DNA of 64,000 bases from an uncultured Bacilli bacterium. Its GTDB lineage: Bacteria; Bacillota_I; Bacilli_A; RF39; UBA660. Where the stretch lies: assembly GCA_934119965.1 (NCBI GenBank), contig CAKOTA010000001.1, positions 64,129 through 128,128 on the forward strand, in the 5' to 3' direction. The stretch's first letter is position 1. Each line of letters begins with the position of its first letter. A program made the translations under genes and the position numbers. Positions 1 through 10,563 of the stretch are shown here, in pieces. The notes below the pieces were generated by a model, which was not told the origin of the DNA, did not search any database, and saw only the letters and a program-made list of their open reading frames with translations.

Positions 1-2
1 AT

Positions 3-1073
3 GTGCAAACAATATGTATTATATTAATAATTTTATTTATTTTATCAATGCTATTTAAGCGTTCTAAATTCGTTTCACTTTTATTATTTATACTTATGTT
101 TTTATTAATGGCATTTAACTATTGGAATGCAGATTATGATATGTATGCAAAATTATTTATTAAATATGGTAGTATAGACTACTATTATAACACAGAATAC
201 CTATTCCAAGCATTTTGCAAATTGATATATAGTTATAAAGAAAATTATCATTTGTTTTTATTTATTTATTCTGCTATAGCAATTTTTCTAATGTATGTAA
301 CAATTAAAAAACAAGCAAAATATCCAGCTTTCGTTACAATGCTATATTTAATATTTAGTTTTTTCTTGGATGCTGTTCAAATAAGACACTTTATGGCATC
401 TGCAATTATATGCTTTGGATTAAAATATTTATTAAAAAACAATTGTACTAAAAAAGATTATATGAAGTATTTATTATTAAATATAATTGCAATTGGATTT
501 CACTATATGGCAGTATTTTATCTTATATTTTTATTAATACCAAAATTATTCAAAAGAAATTTAAAACCATTACTTATGAAAATAATATTATTTTCATCTA
601 TATTATTTTTGATTATTAATTCTAACATATTTATAAAATTATTATCATTATTTTTACCTGAATCAAAAATAAATGCATATTTTATTTCTGGTGATTGGAA
701 AGTAAATAAAATTGTAACTATCATTTTAATTATAGTTCAGCTAATACCATTAATAATATTATGGATTAACAAAAAAAATAATGATGATAATGATTTGTTA
801 AAAAAAGTTATTATCATGAATATTTTACTTATAATTGTAACACCATTTTATTTTTATACAGTAGAATTTGGAAGAATTTTCCGTGGAATAATTATTTACG
901 ATTATATTGCTTTGTCTAATTCTTTAACAAAAAAATTAACATATAGGAATATTAAGATATATTTTATGTCATTTTTATTAGCAAGTATTCTTTTTATAGT
1001 TTTAATTATAATTGTTGGTGTGTTTAATAAAACAGTACTTTCAATTTTACAAAACAATTTATTATTTAGGTAG
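3..1073 (+). CDS. EpsG-family polytopic membrane protein, putative polysaccharide polymerase (Wzy-like)
   Basis: 356-aa ORF made almost entirely of hydrophobic spans. Has an N-terminal NYWNADYDMY segment typical of EpsG-type polymerases and sits beside GT2 and flippase genes. The GTG at the window edge may not be the true start. Confidence 0.6.
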   Translation: MQTICIILIILFILSMLFKRSKFVSLLLFILMFLLMAFNYWNADYDMYAKLFIKYGSIDYYYNTEYLFQAFCKLIYSYKENYHLFLFIYSAIAIFLMYVTIKKQAKYPAFVTMLYLIFSFFLDAVQIRHFMASAIICFGLKYLLKNNCTKKDYMKYLLLNIIAIGFHYMAVFYLIFLLIPKLFKRNLKPLLMKIILFSSILFLIINSNIFIKLLSLFLPESKINAYFISGDWKVNKIVTIILIIVQLIPLIILWINKKNNDDNDLLKKVIIMNILLIIVTPFYFYTVEFGRIFRGIIIYDYIALSNSLTKKLTYRNIKIYFMSFLLASILFIVLIIIVGVFNKTVLSILQNNLLFR

Positions 1074-1080
1074 GTGAAGT

Positions 1081-1932
1081 ATGAAAAAATATATATTTTT
1101 AATATTACATTATTGTTCAATTGATGATACAAAAAATTGTATAGATTCTATAAAGAAAAATTGTTTTAATAATGATTATGAAATAGTAATAGTTGATAAT
1201 GGTTCACCTAATAATACTGGAAATTTATTAAAAAAAGAATTTCTACGAGATAAAAATGTTCATGTTGTTTTATTAAAAAATAATCTTGGTTTTGCAAAAG
1301 GAAATAATGCAGGATTTAAATATATATGTGATAATTTTAATGCTGATTATATTATTATGATAAACAATGATATAGAAATTATCGAGAAAAATTTTTTAGA
1401 AAAAATTGATGAAATTTATCAGCAACATTCGTTTTCAGTTTTGGGACCTAAAATTATGCTTCCAAATAATCAAGTATGCAATTACAATAAAAAATTAAAA
1501 AATTATTGGAGTCAATTTTTTATAATAATTTATATTTTCTTTAGATTAATTATGAATTATTTATATTTAACCCCATTAATAGAATATAAAAGAAAAAAAC
1601 ATAAAAAAACAAATGAAATAGATAAAGTAAAAGATAAAGTAAAAGAAAATGTAATTTTACATGGTTCTTGTTTGATATTTTCTAAAGATTATATTTCTAA
1701 ATTCAATGGGATTGATGATAGAACATTTTTGTATTGTGAAGAAGAATTATTATATATAAGACTTTTAAAAAATAAAATGAATTCAATTTATAATCCTAAT
1801 ATTAAAGTTTTGCATAATGAGGATGGATCAACAAATTATATTTTAAAAAATAAAAGAAAGAAAAATATTTTTGTAGATAAAAATCTTCTTAGATCAAATA
1901 TCATATTATTAAAAGAAATCAAAAAAATGTAG
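1081..1932 (+). CDS. Family 2 glycosyltransferase
   Basis: RBS AGGTGA precedes the ATG. N-terminal VIVDNGSPNNTG ... GFAKGNNAGF ... NNDIE pattern matches the GT-A/GT2 fold (DxD-type). Confidence 0.8.
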   Translation: MKKYIFLILHYCSIDDTKNCIDSIKKNCFNNDYEIVIVDNGSPNNTGNLLKKEFLRDKNVHVVLLKNNLGFAKGNNAGFKYICDNFNADYIIMINNDIEIIEKNFLEKIDEIYQQHSFSVLGPKIMLPNNQVCNYNKKLKNYWSQFFIIIYIFFRLIMNYLYLTPLIEYKRKKHKKTNEIDKVKDKVKENVILHGSCLIFSKDYISKFNGIDDRTFLYCEEELLYIRLLKNKMNSIYNPNIKVLHNEDGSTNYILKNKRKKNIFVDKNLLRSNIILLKEIKKM

Positions 1933-1940
1933 GTGATAAA

Positions 1941-3380
1941 ATGAATAAAAAATCGCTTAAAAAAAATTATTTTTATAATTTATGTTATCAATTATTTGTA
2001 ATGATTTTACCTTTATTGATTACTCCTTATATTTCTCGTGTTTTAGGCGCTGAAGAGATTGGAATTTATAGTTATACAACTTCAATAACTGCGTTTTTTA
2101 TAATGCTTGGTACATTAGGAATAAATATTTATGGTCAAAGAGAGGTAGCATATGTTCAAGATGATGTAGAAAAAAGAAGTAAAATTTTTTGGGAATTAAT
2201 AATTCTTCGTACTATAACGATAATTATATCTTCAACTATTTATTACTTTTTATTTGTTGTAAATAATAAATATTCATTATTTTATAAAATACTGTTATTT
2301 GAAATAATTGCTTACATTTTTGATATTAGTTGGTTTTTTCAAGGAATGGAAGATTTTAAAAAAGTTGCAATTAGAAATATATTAGTAAAATTTTTATTAA
2401 TGATTCAGATTTTTATATTTGTTAAAAGTGTAAATGATTTATGGATATATATTTTAATATATACTTTATCAATATTTTTTGGTAATTGTACTTTTTGGAT
2501 AAAAATCAAAAAATATGTTATTTTTCCTGAAAAAATAGACTTGAAAAAACATATTAAACCAATGTTACTATTATTTTTACCTCAAGTTGCAGTTCAAATA
2601 TATACTGTTTTAGATAAAACTATGATAGGAATTATTTTAGGAAATATGAGTAAAGTTGGTTATTATGAACAGGCACAAAAAATAGTAAAACTTATTTTAT
2701 CAATTATTACAACTTTTGGAACAGTTATGTTACCAAGAATTTCTTATATTTATGTTAATCAAAATGAAAAAGAACTAAAAGAAAAAATTAATTTAAGTTT
2801 TAATTTTGTTTGGCTTTTAGGCTTTCCAATTGTATTTGGTTTATTATCAATTTCATCAATATTTGTACCTATTTTCTTTGGAAAAGGGTATGATGAAGTT
2901 TCAATATTAATAAAAGTGTTTACCCCAATTGTTTTGATAATTGGTTGCGCTAACGTAATTGGTATTCAATACTTAATTCCAACTAAAAAACAAAATTATT
3001 ATACTTTTTCTGTAATAATTGGTGCTTTAGTTAATGTAGTATTTAACTTAATTTTAATTCCTAATTTTGAGGCAATTGGTGCAGCTATTGCTTCTGTATT
3101 AGCAGAGTTAACAGGTTTATTAATTCAAATTTATTTTGTTAGAAAAATATTTGATTTCAAGTATATTTTTAAAAAATCAATTAATTATTTATTATCAGCT
3201 TTCATAATGTTTATTATTTGTGTATTTATAAATAATGTGATAAGTAATAATTTGATTTCTTTGATATTACAAGTAATTATAGGAATTATGTTATATTTTG
3301 GTATTTTAATACTAATTAAAGATGATTTAATCTTAAAAATATTAAATAGAGGTGACTTAAATGAAAAAAATAGAAACTGA
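1941..3380 (+). CDS. wzx: Polysaccharide flippase, Wzx/MOP superfamily
   Basis: 479 aa with about 12-14 hydrophobic spans. N-terminal LLITPYISRVLGAEEIGIYSY motif is typical of oligosaccharide flippases. Located in the EPS cluster. Confidence 0.75.
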   Translation: MNKKSLKKNYFYNLCYQLFVMILPLLITPYISRVLGAEEIGIYSYTTSITAFFIMLGTLGINIYGQREVAYVQDDVEKRSKIFWELIILRTITIIISSTIYYFLFVVNNKYSLFYKILLFEIIAYIFDISWFFQGMEDFKKVAIRNILVKFLLMIQIFIFVKSVNDLWIYILIYTLSIFFGNCTFWIKIKKYVIFPEKIDLKKHIKPMLLLFLPQVAVQIYTVLDKTMIGIILGNMSKVGYYEQAQKIVKLILSIITTFGTVMLPRISYIYVNQNEKELKEKINLSFNFVWLLGFPIVFGLLSISSIFVPIFFGKGYDEVSILIKVFTPIVLIIGCANVIGIQYLIPTKKQNYYTFSVIIGALVNVVFNLILIPNFEAIGAAIASVLAELTGLLIQIYFVRKIFDFKYIFKKSINYLLSAFIMFIICVFINNVISNNLISLILQVIIGIMLYFGILILIKDDLILKILNRGDLNEKNRN

Positions 3381-4770
3381 CAAAATAGTAGGTATTACTA
3401 CAGGTATCATATTAATTTTATTAACTATTCTTTTAATATTACAACTTAATAATTTAAATATTTTACCACCAAAATATCTATCGTTATTTACATTTATATT
3501 ATTATTATTTAATATACTTTCTATAATTTTTGTATTTATAGATAAAAAAATATTCAAAATTATAGGATATACATTATCAGTTATATTAATAATATTTAAT
3601 TTAATTTTTTGTTACTATATAAAAACAACTAATAATTTTTTAAATAACACTATAGTTAAAGTAAATGAATATACAAATGAATATGTACTAATAACTTTAA
3701 AAGATAGTGAAATTACCGAACTTAAAAACATTAATAAAATTGGTTATTATAGTCAAATACCAAATATAAATGAGGCTTTAGAAAAATTAAAAGAGTTTTC
3801 TAACATTAAATATAATGATTTAAATAAATTAATAGCTGATTTAAATAACAAAAATATAAATGTAATATTATTAGAAAAAAACTTGTATGAATTTATATTT
3901 AACTTAGATAAAAATTTAAATAAAGATGATTATAAAATAATATACGAATTTAGTATTAATATAAAAGAAAATGTTTCTATATCAAAATATAATGATAAAT
4001 TTAATATTTATATTGGAGGACTAGATTTTACAGGAAAAATATATGATTTTAATATGTTAGTTACTATAAATGAAGAAAAATCTAAAATATTACTAACTAG
4101 TATACCAAGAGATTATCATATTGATGTATATGGTAAAAATGGAAAAGACAATATAAATTACCACGGTATGTGGGGAATAACAACAACAATGAAATCATTA
4201 GAACAATTATTTGATACAAAAATAGATTATTACATAAAAATAAACACAACAAGTTTAGTTAAACTAGTTGATATGTTAGGTGGAATAAATTATTGCAGTG
4301 ATTATGAATTTGTTACAACTCACGCATTAGTATTAAACACTTATAACGATAATGGTAAAAAATTATATGTAAAAAAAGGATGTAGAAATTATAATGGTAT
4401 TGAAACTTTAACTATTGCTCGTGAAAGATTAAATATACCTGGTGGTGATATGACAAGACAAGAAAATTGTAGAAAAATATTAATGAGCATAATGAATAAA
4501 ATCGTAAGTTTTGATAGTATTACAAAATACAATGAATTATTAGATAATGTAAGTGATTTATATACTACTAATATACCGAAAGAAACAATAACTGAAATAA
4601 TCAAAAAAACATTAGAAAACAATAATTGGAATATTGAAACTACAGAAGTAACAGGAACTATATCAAAAGGGTATGTTCATTTAAGCAACTATATAGACTA
4701 TATAAATATACCTAATTATGATAGTGTTAATGAAACAAAAAATAAAATAAATGAAAATTTGACAAAATAA
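3361..4770 (+). CDS. LytR-CpsA-Psr (LCP) family glycopolymer transferase with long N-terminal membrane/extracellular extension
   Basis: RBS GAGGTGA. N-terminal TM spans, then the LCP core motifs LTSIPRDYHIDVYG ... TLTIARER. Overlaps the wzx end by 20 nt. Confidence 0.8.
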   Translation: MKKIETDKIVGITTGIILILLTILLILQLNNLNILPPKYLSLFTFILLLFNILSIIFVFIDKKIFKIIGYTLSVILIIFNLIFCYYIKTTNNFLNNTIVKVNEYTNEYVLITLKDSEITELKNINKIGYYSQIPNINEALEKLKEFSNIKYNDLNKLIADLNNKNINVILLEKNLYEFIFNLDKNLNKDDYKIIYEFSINIKENVSISKYNDKFNIYIGGLDFTGKIYDFNMLVTINEEKSKILLTSIPRDYHIDVYGKNGKDNINYHGMWGITTTMKSLEQLFDTKIDYYIKINTTSLVKLVDMLGGINYCSDYEFVTTHALVLNTYNDNGKKLYVKKGCRNYNGIETLTIARERLNIPGGDMTRQENCRKILMSIMNKIVSFDSITKYNELLDNVSDLYTTNIPKETITEIIKKTLENNNWNIETTEVTGTISKGYVHLSNYIDYINIPNYDSVNETKNKINENLTK

Positions 4771-4812
4771 AATATTGCTATATAATAAACAACAATTAAA
4801 GGGGGAAAATTT

Positions 4813-6216
4813 ATGGAAGAAAAAGAATTTGATTTTTCATATATAATGCAAACAATATGGAAAAGATTTTTAATAATACTATTATTTATAATAATAGGCG
4901 TTGGTGCTAGTATATTTTATAACTATGGCGCTAAAATTATTTATGAAAGTGAAACAACATTATACGTTCAACCAGAAGTAAAATCTTCAGAAGTAGATTA
5001 TGAAGGAATATTAACAAATCAAAAAATGGTTAAAACATATACAGAAATAATAAAAAGTAGAAAAATAATTAACAAAGTAAAAGAAAAATTAGAATTAAAT
5101 TTAACTTATGAAGAAATATCTGATATGTTAAAAGTAACATCAGTTAATGATACTGAAATAATAACAATAACAGTTGATAACGAAAGTCCTAAATTAGCAA
5201 TGGATATAGCTAATGAAGTTGCAAATGTATTTATTGAAGAAATAAAAGAAACAATGGAAATAAATAATATTAAAGTAATAGATAAGGCAATAGAAGGAAC
5301 AGAACCAGTATCTCCTAGAGTATTATTTAATTGTATGATTGGTTTTGCAGGTGGACTATTTGTAGGTTTAGCTATTGCATTCTTAATTGAATCAATGGAT
5401 AATAAAATTAAAAATCACGAGGATGTTAAAAAATATCTAAAAATTAAAACTTTAGGAGTTGTACCTCATAATTCAATTGATTATGAAGTATCAGGTAAAA
5501 AGAAAGTATATGTAAATCCAAATGAAGTTAATCTAAAAATAATTAATGATCCAACAAGTGTTGTATCAGAATCAATAAGAATGATAAGAACTAATTTAAA
5601 TTTTTCAGATTTAAAACTAATAAATGTTACATCAACAGTACCAAGTGAAGGTAAATCTGAAGTATTATCTAATTTAGCAATTTCATTTGCGATGCTAGAT
5701 AAAAAAGTATTAGTAGTAGACTGTGATTTAAGAAAACCAAAAGTTCATAGAAATTTTGGATTAACAAGAAAAAGAGGGGTTTCAGATTTAGTTTTAGCTA
5801 AAGGAACACACAAATATACTGAAGCTATTCAAACATATCAAGATAAAGACAAAAAGGTAAGTATTGATATATTATCAGCAGGTTCAAAAATATCAAATCC
5901 TTCTGAATTAATAAACAACAAAGGATTTGCTGAATTATTAAAAGAATTAAGAGAAAATTATGATTTAGTTTTAGTAGATTGTCCTCCAATATCTTCATTA
6001 ACAGATGGTGTATTAGTATCTAAATTATGTGATGGTACAGTTTATGTCATTGAAGCTGAAAGAACAGATCACGGAGTTATAGAAAGTTGTATTGAAGAAC
6101 TTAAAAATAATAATGTATTTGTTTTAGGAGCAGTATTAACAAAAGTAAATATAAAAAGACAAAAGAAACTATATGGATATAAATATGATTATTACTATTC
6201 TAATTATAATAAATAA
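4813..6216 (+). CDS. Fused Wzz/CpsC chain-length modulator plus CpsD-type bacterial tyrosine (BY) autokinase
   Basis: RBS AAGGGGGA. N-terminal Wzz-like domain between two TM spans. Has Walker A PSEGKSEV, Walker A-prime VLVVDCDLRKP and Walker B DLVLVDCPP. C-terminal Tyr cluster is YGYKYDYYYSNYNK. Confidence 0.85.
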   Translation: MEEKEFDFSYIMQTIWKRFLIILLFIIIGVGASIFYNYGAKIIYESETTLYVQPEVKSSEVDYEGILTNQKMVKTYTEIIKSRKIINKVKEKLELNLTYEEISDMLKVTSVNDTEIITITVDNESPKLAMDIANEVANVFIEEIKETMEINNIKVIDKAIEGTEPVSPRVLFNCMIGFAGGLFVGLAIAFLIESMDNKIKNHEDVKKYLKIKTLGVVPHNSIDYEVSGKKKVYVNPNEVNLKIINDPTSVVSESIRMIRTNLNFSDLKLINVTSTVPSEGKSEVLSNLAISFAMLDKKVLVVDCDLRKPKVHRNFGLTRKRGVSDLVLAKGTHKYTEAIQTYQDKDKKVSIDILSAGSKISNPSELINNKGFAELLKELRENYDLVLVDCPPISSLTDGVLVSKLCDGTVYVIEAERTDHGVIESCIEELKNNNVFVLGAVLTKVNIKRQKKLYGYKYDYYYSNYNK

Positions 6217-6923
6217 TGGTAGATATTCATTCACATATAATATTTAATGTTGATGATGGATCTAAATCATTAGAACAAAGCATTAAAGAATTAAAACAAA
6301 TTAAAAAGATAGAATTAGAAGAAGTAATATGTACACCACATATGAAAAGTGGTAATATCGATAAAATAATGAAGATAAAAGAAAATTATTCGCATTTAGT
6401 AGAAGAAGCAAATAAATTAGGAATAAAATTATATTTAGGAAATGAAATAATGTATTCTGAAAAAATGCTCAGATTATTAAAAAACAATCGTTTATTAACT
6501 CTTAATAATTCAAAATATATTTTATTAGAATTTAGAAGAAATGAAAGAATGGATATAAGTAATGTCGTTGCTATCTTAGATGAAGTAATAGAAGCAGGAT
6601 ATAAGCCAATATTAGCGCATCCTGAACTTTATATAAATTATCGTAATATTGATGATATAATAAAAATTAAAGAAACAGGAACATTACTACAAATGGATGC
6701 AACAAGCATTGTAAAAGGAAAATCAGATAGAAAAGTTTATAAATTTAGTAAAAAATTATTAAAAGAAAGATTAATAGATATAGTATCTAGTGATGCCCAT
6801 TGTACTAAAAAAAGAAATCATCTTTCTTACAAAAAAGCATATAAAAAAGTAGCAAGAAAATATACAAAAAAATATGCTGATATATTATTTAAAGAAAATG
6901 CTAAAATGATAGTGGGGTGTTAA
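6216..6923 (+). CDS. PHP-family protein-tyrosine phosphatase (CpsB/YwqE type)
   Basis: TAATG junction with the kinase gene. N-terminal MVDIHSHIIFNVDDGS, plus internal TPHM, AHPE and SDAH metal-ligand motifs. Confidence 0.85.
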   Translation: MVDIHSHIIFNVDDGSKSLEQSIKELKQIKKIELEEVICTPHMKSGNIDKIMKIKENYSHLVEEANKLGIKLYLGNEIMYSEKMLRLLKNNRLLTLNNSKYILLEFRRNERMDISNVVAILDEVIEAGYKPILAHPELYINYRNIDDIIKIKETGTLLQMDATSIVKGKSDRKVYKFSKKLLKERLIDIVSSDAHCTKKRNHLSYKKAYKKVARKYTKKYADILFKENAKMIVGC

Positions 6924-6924
6924 A

Positions 6925-7629
6925 ATGAAACCAATAATTGGAATAATAGAATGGCCTTATGAAGATAAAGATGGTGACAAAATATTTGAAATATTAAATG
7001 ATGTTGTTAATTGTGTCATAAGAGCTGGTGGGATGCCAGTTGGAATATTTCCAACTCAAACTGAAGATTTTGTTAATACAAGATTAGATGATATTAAAAG
7101 TATGACAGTTACTGAATCAGATGATTTGCTATCAGCTGTTGATAGATGTGATGCAATTATTAAACCAGGGGCTCTAAAAATATATGAGTACGAAAGACTT
7201 ATTCATTCATATACAGTTTGTAAAAATATGCCATATTTAGGAATATGTGCAGGAATGCAAATTATGTCAGGGTATAGAAGTACTATTAATAACATTAGGA
7301 TAGATGAAAACAATATGATAAACCATCATCAAAAAGGTTATGCTCACGATGTTTATGCGATAAAAGACACCTTATTATCCAGAATAGTTGGAATAGATAA
7401 ATTTCCTGTCTATTCAAGACATAAATATCATATAGCAGATGCTGGAGTTAATAAAGTATGTGCTGTAGCAGAAGATGGAATAATAGAAGCAATTGAAAAT
7501 CCAAATTGCAATTATAATTTAGGTTTACAATGGCATCCTGAGTTTGCACCTTCTTCAGATGAAATAACTAAAAAAATATTTGAAAGTTTAATAGAAGAGG
7601 CTAAAGTATATAGTAAAATTAAAAGATAA
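6925..7629 (+). CDS. Class-I glutamine amidotransferase-like / peptidase C26 (gamma-glutamyl hydrolase, PuuD-like)
   Basis: Nucleophile elbow GICAGMQ and QWHPE His/Glu motif. 234 aa. Confidence 0.7.
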   Translation: MKPIIGIIEWPYEDKDGDKIFEILNDVVNCVIRAGGMPVGIFPTQTEDFVNTRLDDIKSMTVTESDDLLSAVDRCDAIIKPGALKIYEYERLIHSYTVCKNMPYLGICAGMQIMSGYRSTINNIRIDENNMINHHQKGYAHDVYAIKDTLLSRIVGIDKFPVYSRHKYHIADAGVNKVCAVAEDGIIEAIENPNCNYNLGLQWHPEFAPSSDEITKKIFESLIEEAKVYSKIKR

Positions 7630-7648
7630 TTAAATTTATCTTTTTTTT
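7621..7648 (+). terminator. Weak AT-rich hairpin plus T-run overlapping the stop of the C26 gene
   Basis: aaaagataa / ttatctttt stem with a 6-nt loop, followed by a T-run. Confidence 0.4.
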
Positions 7649-7668
7649 GTAAACTTTTTTCAAATTTA

Positions 7669-7697
7669 TTGAGTCAAACTAATTTGTTTGATATACT
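7669..7697 (+). promoter_or_regulatory. Sigma-A type promoter for ppdK
   Basis: TTGAGT, 17-nt spacer, TGaTATACT extended -10. About 27 nt upstream of the RBS AAAGGAGAG. Confidence 0.6.
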
Positions 7698-7723
7698 ATT
7701 ATAGTAAAGGTTAAAGGAGAGAT

Positions 7724-10360
7724 ATGATGACAAAGTACGTTTACAAATTTAAAGAAGGAAATGCTAATATGCGTGAACTACTTGGTGGTAAAGGTGCCAA
7801 TCTAGCTGAAATGGCAAGTTTAGGGTTACCTGTACCAAACGGATTCACAATTACGACAGAAGCATGTACAGCTTACTACAAAGATGGTAAGAAAATAAGT
7901 GAAGCTATTCAAGAAGAAATAATGAGTAACTTACACGAATTAGAAATGGAAATGGGTAAAAAACTAGGTGATGTTAATGATCCATTATTAGTATCAGTAA
8001 GAAGTGGTGCTAGAGCATCTATGCCAGGTATGATGGATACAATACTTAATCTAGGATTGAATGATGAAGCAGTAGAAGGATTTGCTAATAAAACAGGAAA
8101 TCCAAGATTTGCTTATGATTCATATAGAAGATTTATCCAAATGTATTCAGATGTAGTAATGGAAGTTCCAAAATCATTTTTTGAAAAAATCATAGATGAA
8201 ATCAAAGAAGCAAAAGGAATTAAATTCGATACTGAACTTACAGTTGAAGATTTAAAAGAACTAGTAAGAAGATTTAAAGAAGTTTATAAAACTGCTATGA
8301 ATGGAGAAGAATTCCCACAAAATCCAGTAGAACAATTAATGGGTGCTGTAAAAGCAGTATTTAGAAGCTGGGACAATCCAAGAGCAATAGTATATAGAAG
8401 AATGAATGATATTCCAGGAGATTGGGGTACTGCTGTAAATGTTCAATCAATGGTATTTGGTAATAAAGGTGAAACATCAGGTACTGGTGTAGCATTTACG
8501 CGTAATCCATCAACAGGAGAAAAAGGAATATTTGGTGAATATTTAATTAATGCACAAGGTGAAGATGTAGTTGCCGGAGTAAGAACTCCACAACCAATAA
8601 CTAAACTACAAGAAGATTTACCTGAATGCTATAATGAATTTATGGAATTAGCTCATAAACTAGAAAATCATTATAGAGATATGCAAGATATGGAATTCAC
8701 TATTGAAGAAGGTAAACTATATTTCTTACAAACTCGTAATGGTAAAAGAACTGCTCCAGCGGCTATTAAAATTGCTTGTGATTTAGTAGATGAAGGAATG
8801 ATTACTCCTGAAGAAGCAGTACTTAGAATTGAAGCTAAATCATTAGATCAATTATTACATCCAATGTTTGATAGTGAATCACTTAAAAATGGTGAAGTAA
8901 TAGGTCAAGCACTTCCAGCAAGTCCAGGTGCTGCAGCTGGTAAAGTAGTATTTACTGCTGAAGAAGCAAAAAAACTTGGAATAGGTGGAAATGGTGAAAG
9001 AGTTATTTTAGTTAGACTAGAAACAACTCCAGAAGACATCGAAGGTATGGTTGCAAGTCAAGGTATCTTAACAGTTCGTGGTGGTATGACAAGTCATGCT
9101 GCTGTAGTTGCTCGTGGTATGGGAACTTGCTGTGTATCTGGATGTGGTGAAATCAAAATAAATGAAGAAGAAAAACATTTTGAACTAGGTGGTTATACAT
9201 TCCACGAAGGTGACTATATTTCATTAGATGGTACAACTGGAAAAATTTATAAAGGCGATATCAAAACAGTTGAAGCAACTGTAACTGGTGATTTTGGTAG
9301 AATTATGAATTGGGCTGATAAATATAGAACATTAGGTGTTAGAACTAATGCTGATAATCCAAGAGATACTAAAAAAGCAGTTGAATTAGGTGCTGAAGGA
9401 ATTGGTCTATGCCGTACAGAACACATGTTCTTTGATGAAGAAAGAATACCTAAAATAAGAAAAATGATTTTATCTGAAACAGTAGAAGGTAGAACAGAGG
9501 CTTTAAATGAGTTAATACCATTCCAAAAAGGTGATTTTAAAGCAATGTATAAAGAATTAAAAGGATTACCAATGACAGTTCGTTATTTAGATCCACCATT
9601 ACATGAATTTTTACCAACTGCAGAAGAAGATATTATTGCTTTAGCACATGATATGAATGTTACAGTAGAACATTTAAAAAACAAAATAGATGAATTACAT
9701 GAATTCAATCCAATGATGGGACACAGAGGTTGTAGATTAGCTGTTACTTATCCAGAAATAGCTAGAATGCAAACAAGAGCATTAATGGAAGCCGCAATTG
9801 AAGTTCACGAAGAAGATGGATATGATATTACAGTTGAAATTATGATTCCATTAGTTGGCGAAGTAAAAGAACTTAAATTTGTAAAAGATGTTGTTGTTGA
9901 AACAGCAGAACTAGTTAAAAAAGAGAAAAACTCAGATATTAAATATCATATCGGAACAATGATTGAAATACCAAGAGCTGCTATTACAGCTGATAAAATA
10001 GCAACAGAAGCTGAATTCTTTAGCTTTGGTACAAATGATTTAACTCAAATGACATTTGGTTTCTCAAGAGATGATGCTGGTAAATTCTTAGATTCTTATT
10101 ATCAAAATAAGATTTATGAATCTGATCCATTTGCTAAAATCGATTTTGAGGGTGTCGGAGAATTAATTAAAATGGCAGTTAATAAAGGTAAACAAACAAG
10201 ACCTGATATTAAATTAGGAATTTGTGGTGAACATGGTGGTGATCCTGCGTCAGTTGAATTCTGTCATAATACTGGATTAACTTATGTTTCTTGTTCTCCA
10301 TATAGAGTTCCAATTGCTAGATTAGCAGCAGCTCAAGCAGCTATTAAGTCAAATAAATAA
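7724..10360 (+). CDS. ppdK: Pyruvate, phosphate dikinase
   Basis: 878 aa. ATP-grasp N-terminus GGKGANLAEM, phospho-His segment GGMTSHAAVVARGMG, and PEP-utilizer C-terminus GICGEHGGDP. Confidence 0.95.
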   Translation: MMTKYVYKFKEGNANMRELLGGKGANLAEMASLGLPVPNGFTITTEACTAYYKDGKKISEAIQEEIMSNLHELEMEMGKKLGDVNDPLLVSVRSGARASMPGMMDTILNLGLNDEAVEGFANKTGNPRFAYDSYRRFIQMYSDVVMEVPKSFFEKIIDEIKEAKGIKFDTELTVEDLKELVRRFKEVYKTAMNGEEFPQNPVEQLMGAVKAVFRSWDNPRAIVYRRMNDIPGDWGTAVNVQSMVFGNKGETSGTGVAFTRNPSTGEKGIFGEYLINAQGEDVVAGVRTPQPITKLQEDLPECYNEFMELAHKLENHYRDMQDMEFTIEEGKLYFLQTRNGKRTAPAAIKIACDLVDEGMITPEEAVLRIEAKSLDQLLHPMFDSESLKNGEVIGQALPASPGAAAGKVVFTAEEAKKLGIGGNGERVILVRLETTPEDIEGMVASQGILTVRGGMTSHAAVVARGMGTCCVSGCGEIKINEEEKHFELGGYTFHEGDYISLDGTTGKIYKGDIKTVEATVTGDFGRIMNWADKYRTLGVRTNADNPRDTKKAVELGAEGIGLCRTEHMFFDEERIPKIRKMILSETVEGRTEALNELIPFQKGDFKAMYKELKGLPMTVRYLDPPLHEFLPTAEEDIIALAHDMNVTVEHLKNKIDELHEFNPMMGHRGCRLAVTYPEIARMQTRALMEAAIEVHEEDGYDITVEIMIPLVGEVKELKFVKDVVVETAELVKKEKNSDIKYHIGTMIEIPRAAITADKIATEAEFFSFGTNDLTQMTFGFSRDDAGKFLDSYYQNKIYESDPFAKIDFEGVGELIKMAVNKGKQTRPDIKLGICGEHGGDPASVEFCHNTGLTYVSCSPYRVPIARLAAAQAAIKSNK

Positions 10361-10367
10361 TAAAATA

Positions 10368-10397
10368 AACTAAGATAGAAAATATCTTAGTTTTTAA
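10368..10397 (+). terminator. Rho-independent terminator after ppdK
   Basis: AACTAAGATA gaaaa TATCTTAGTT stem-loop followed by TTTTAATT. Confidence 0.8.
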
Positions 10398-10563
10398 TTA
10401 TACTATAATTAATTTTAATATGATATAATAATATAAACTGATAATATTTAATACTAGAAAATAATGAAAATTACTAGTTAAGTTGACTTAAAAAATGTTG
10501 AACAAAAATAGAAAATGTTAAATATTTAGGTTTCGAATTTTAAAATAGAAAAAGAGTGATAAA

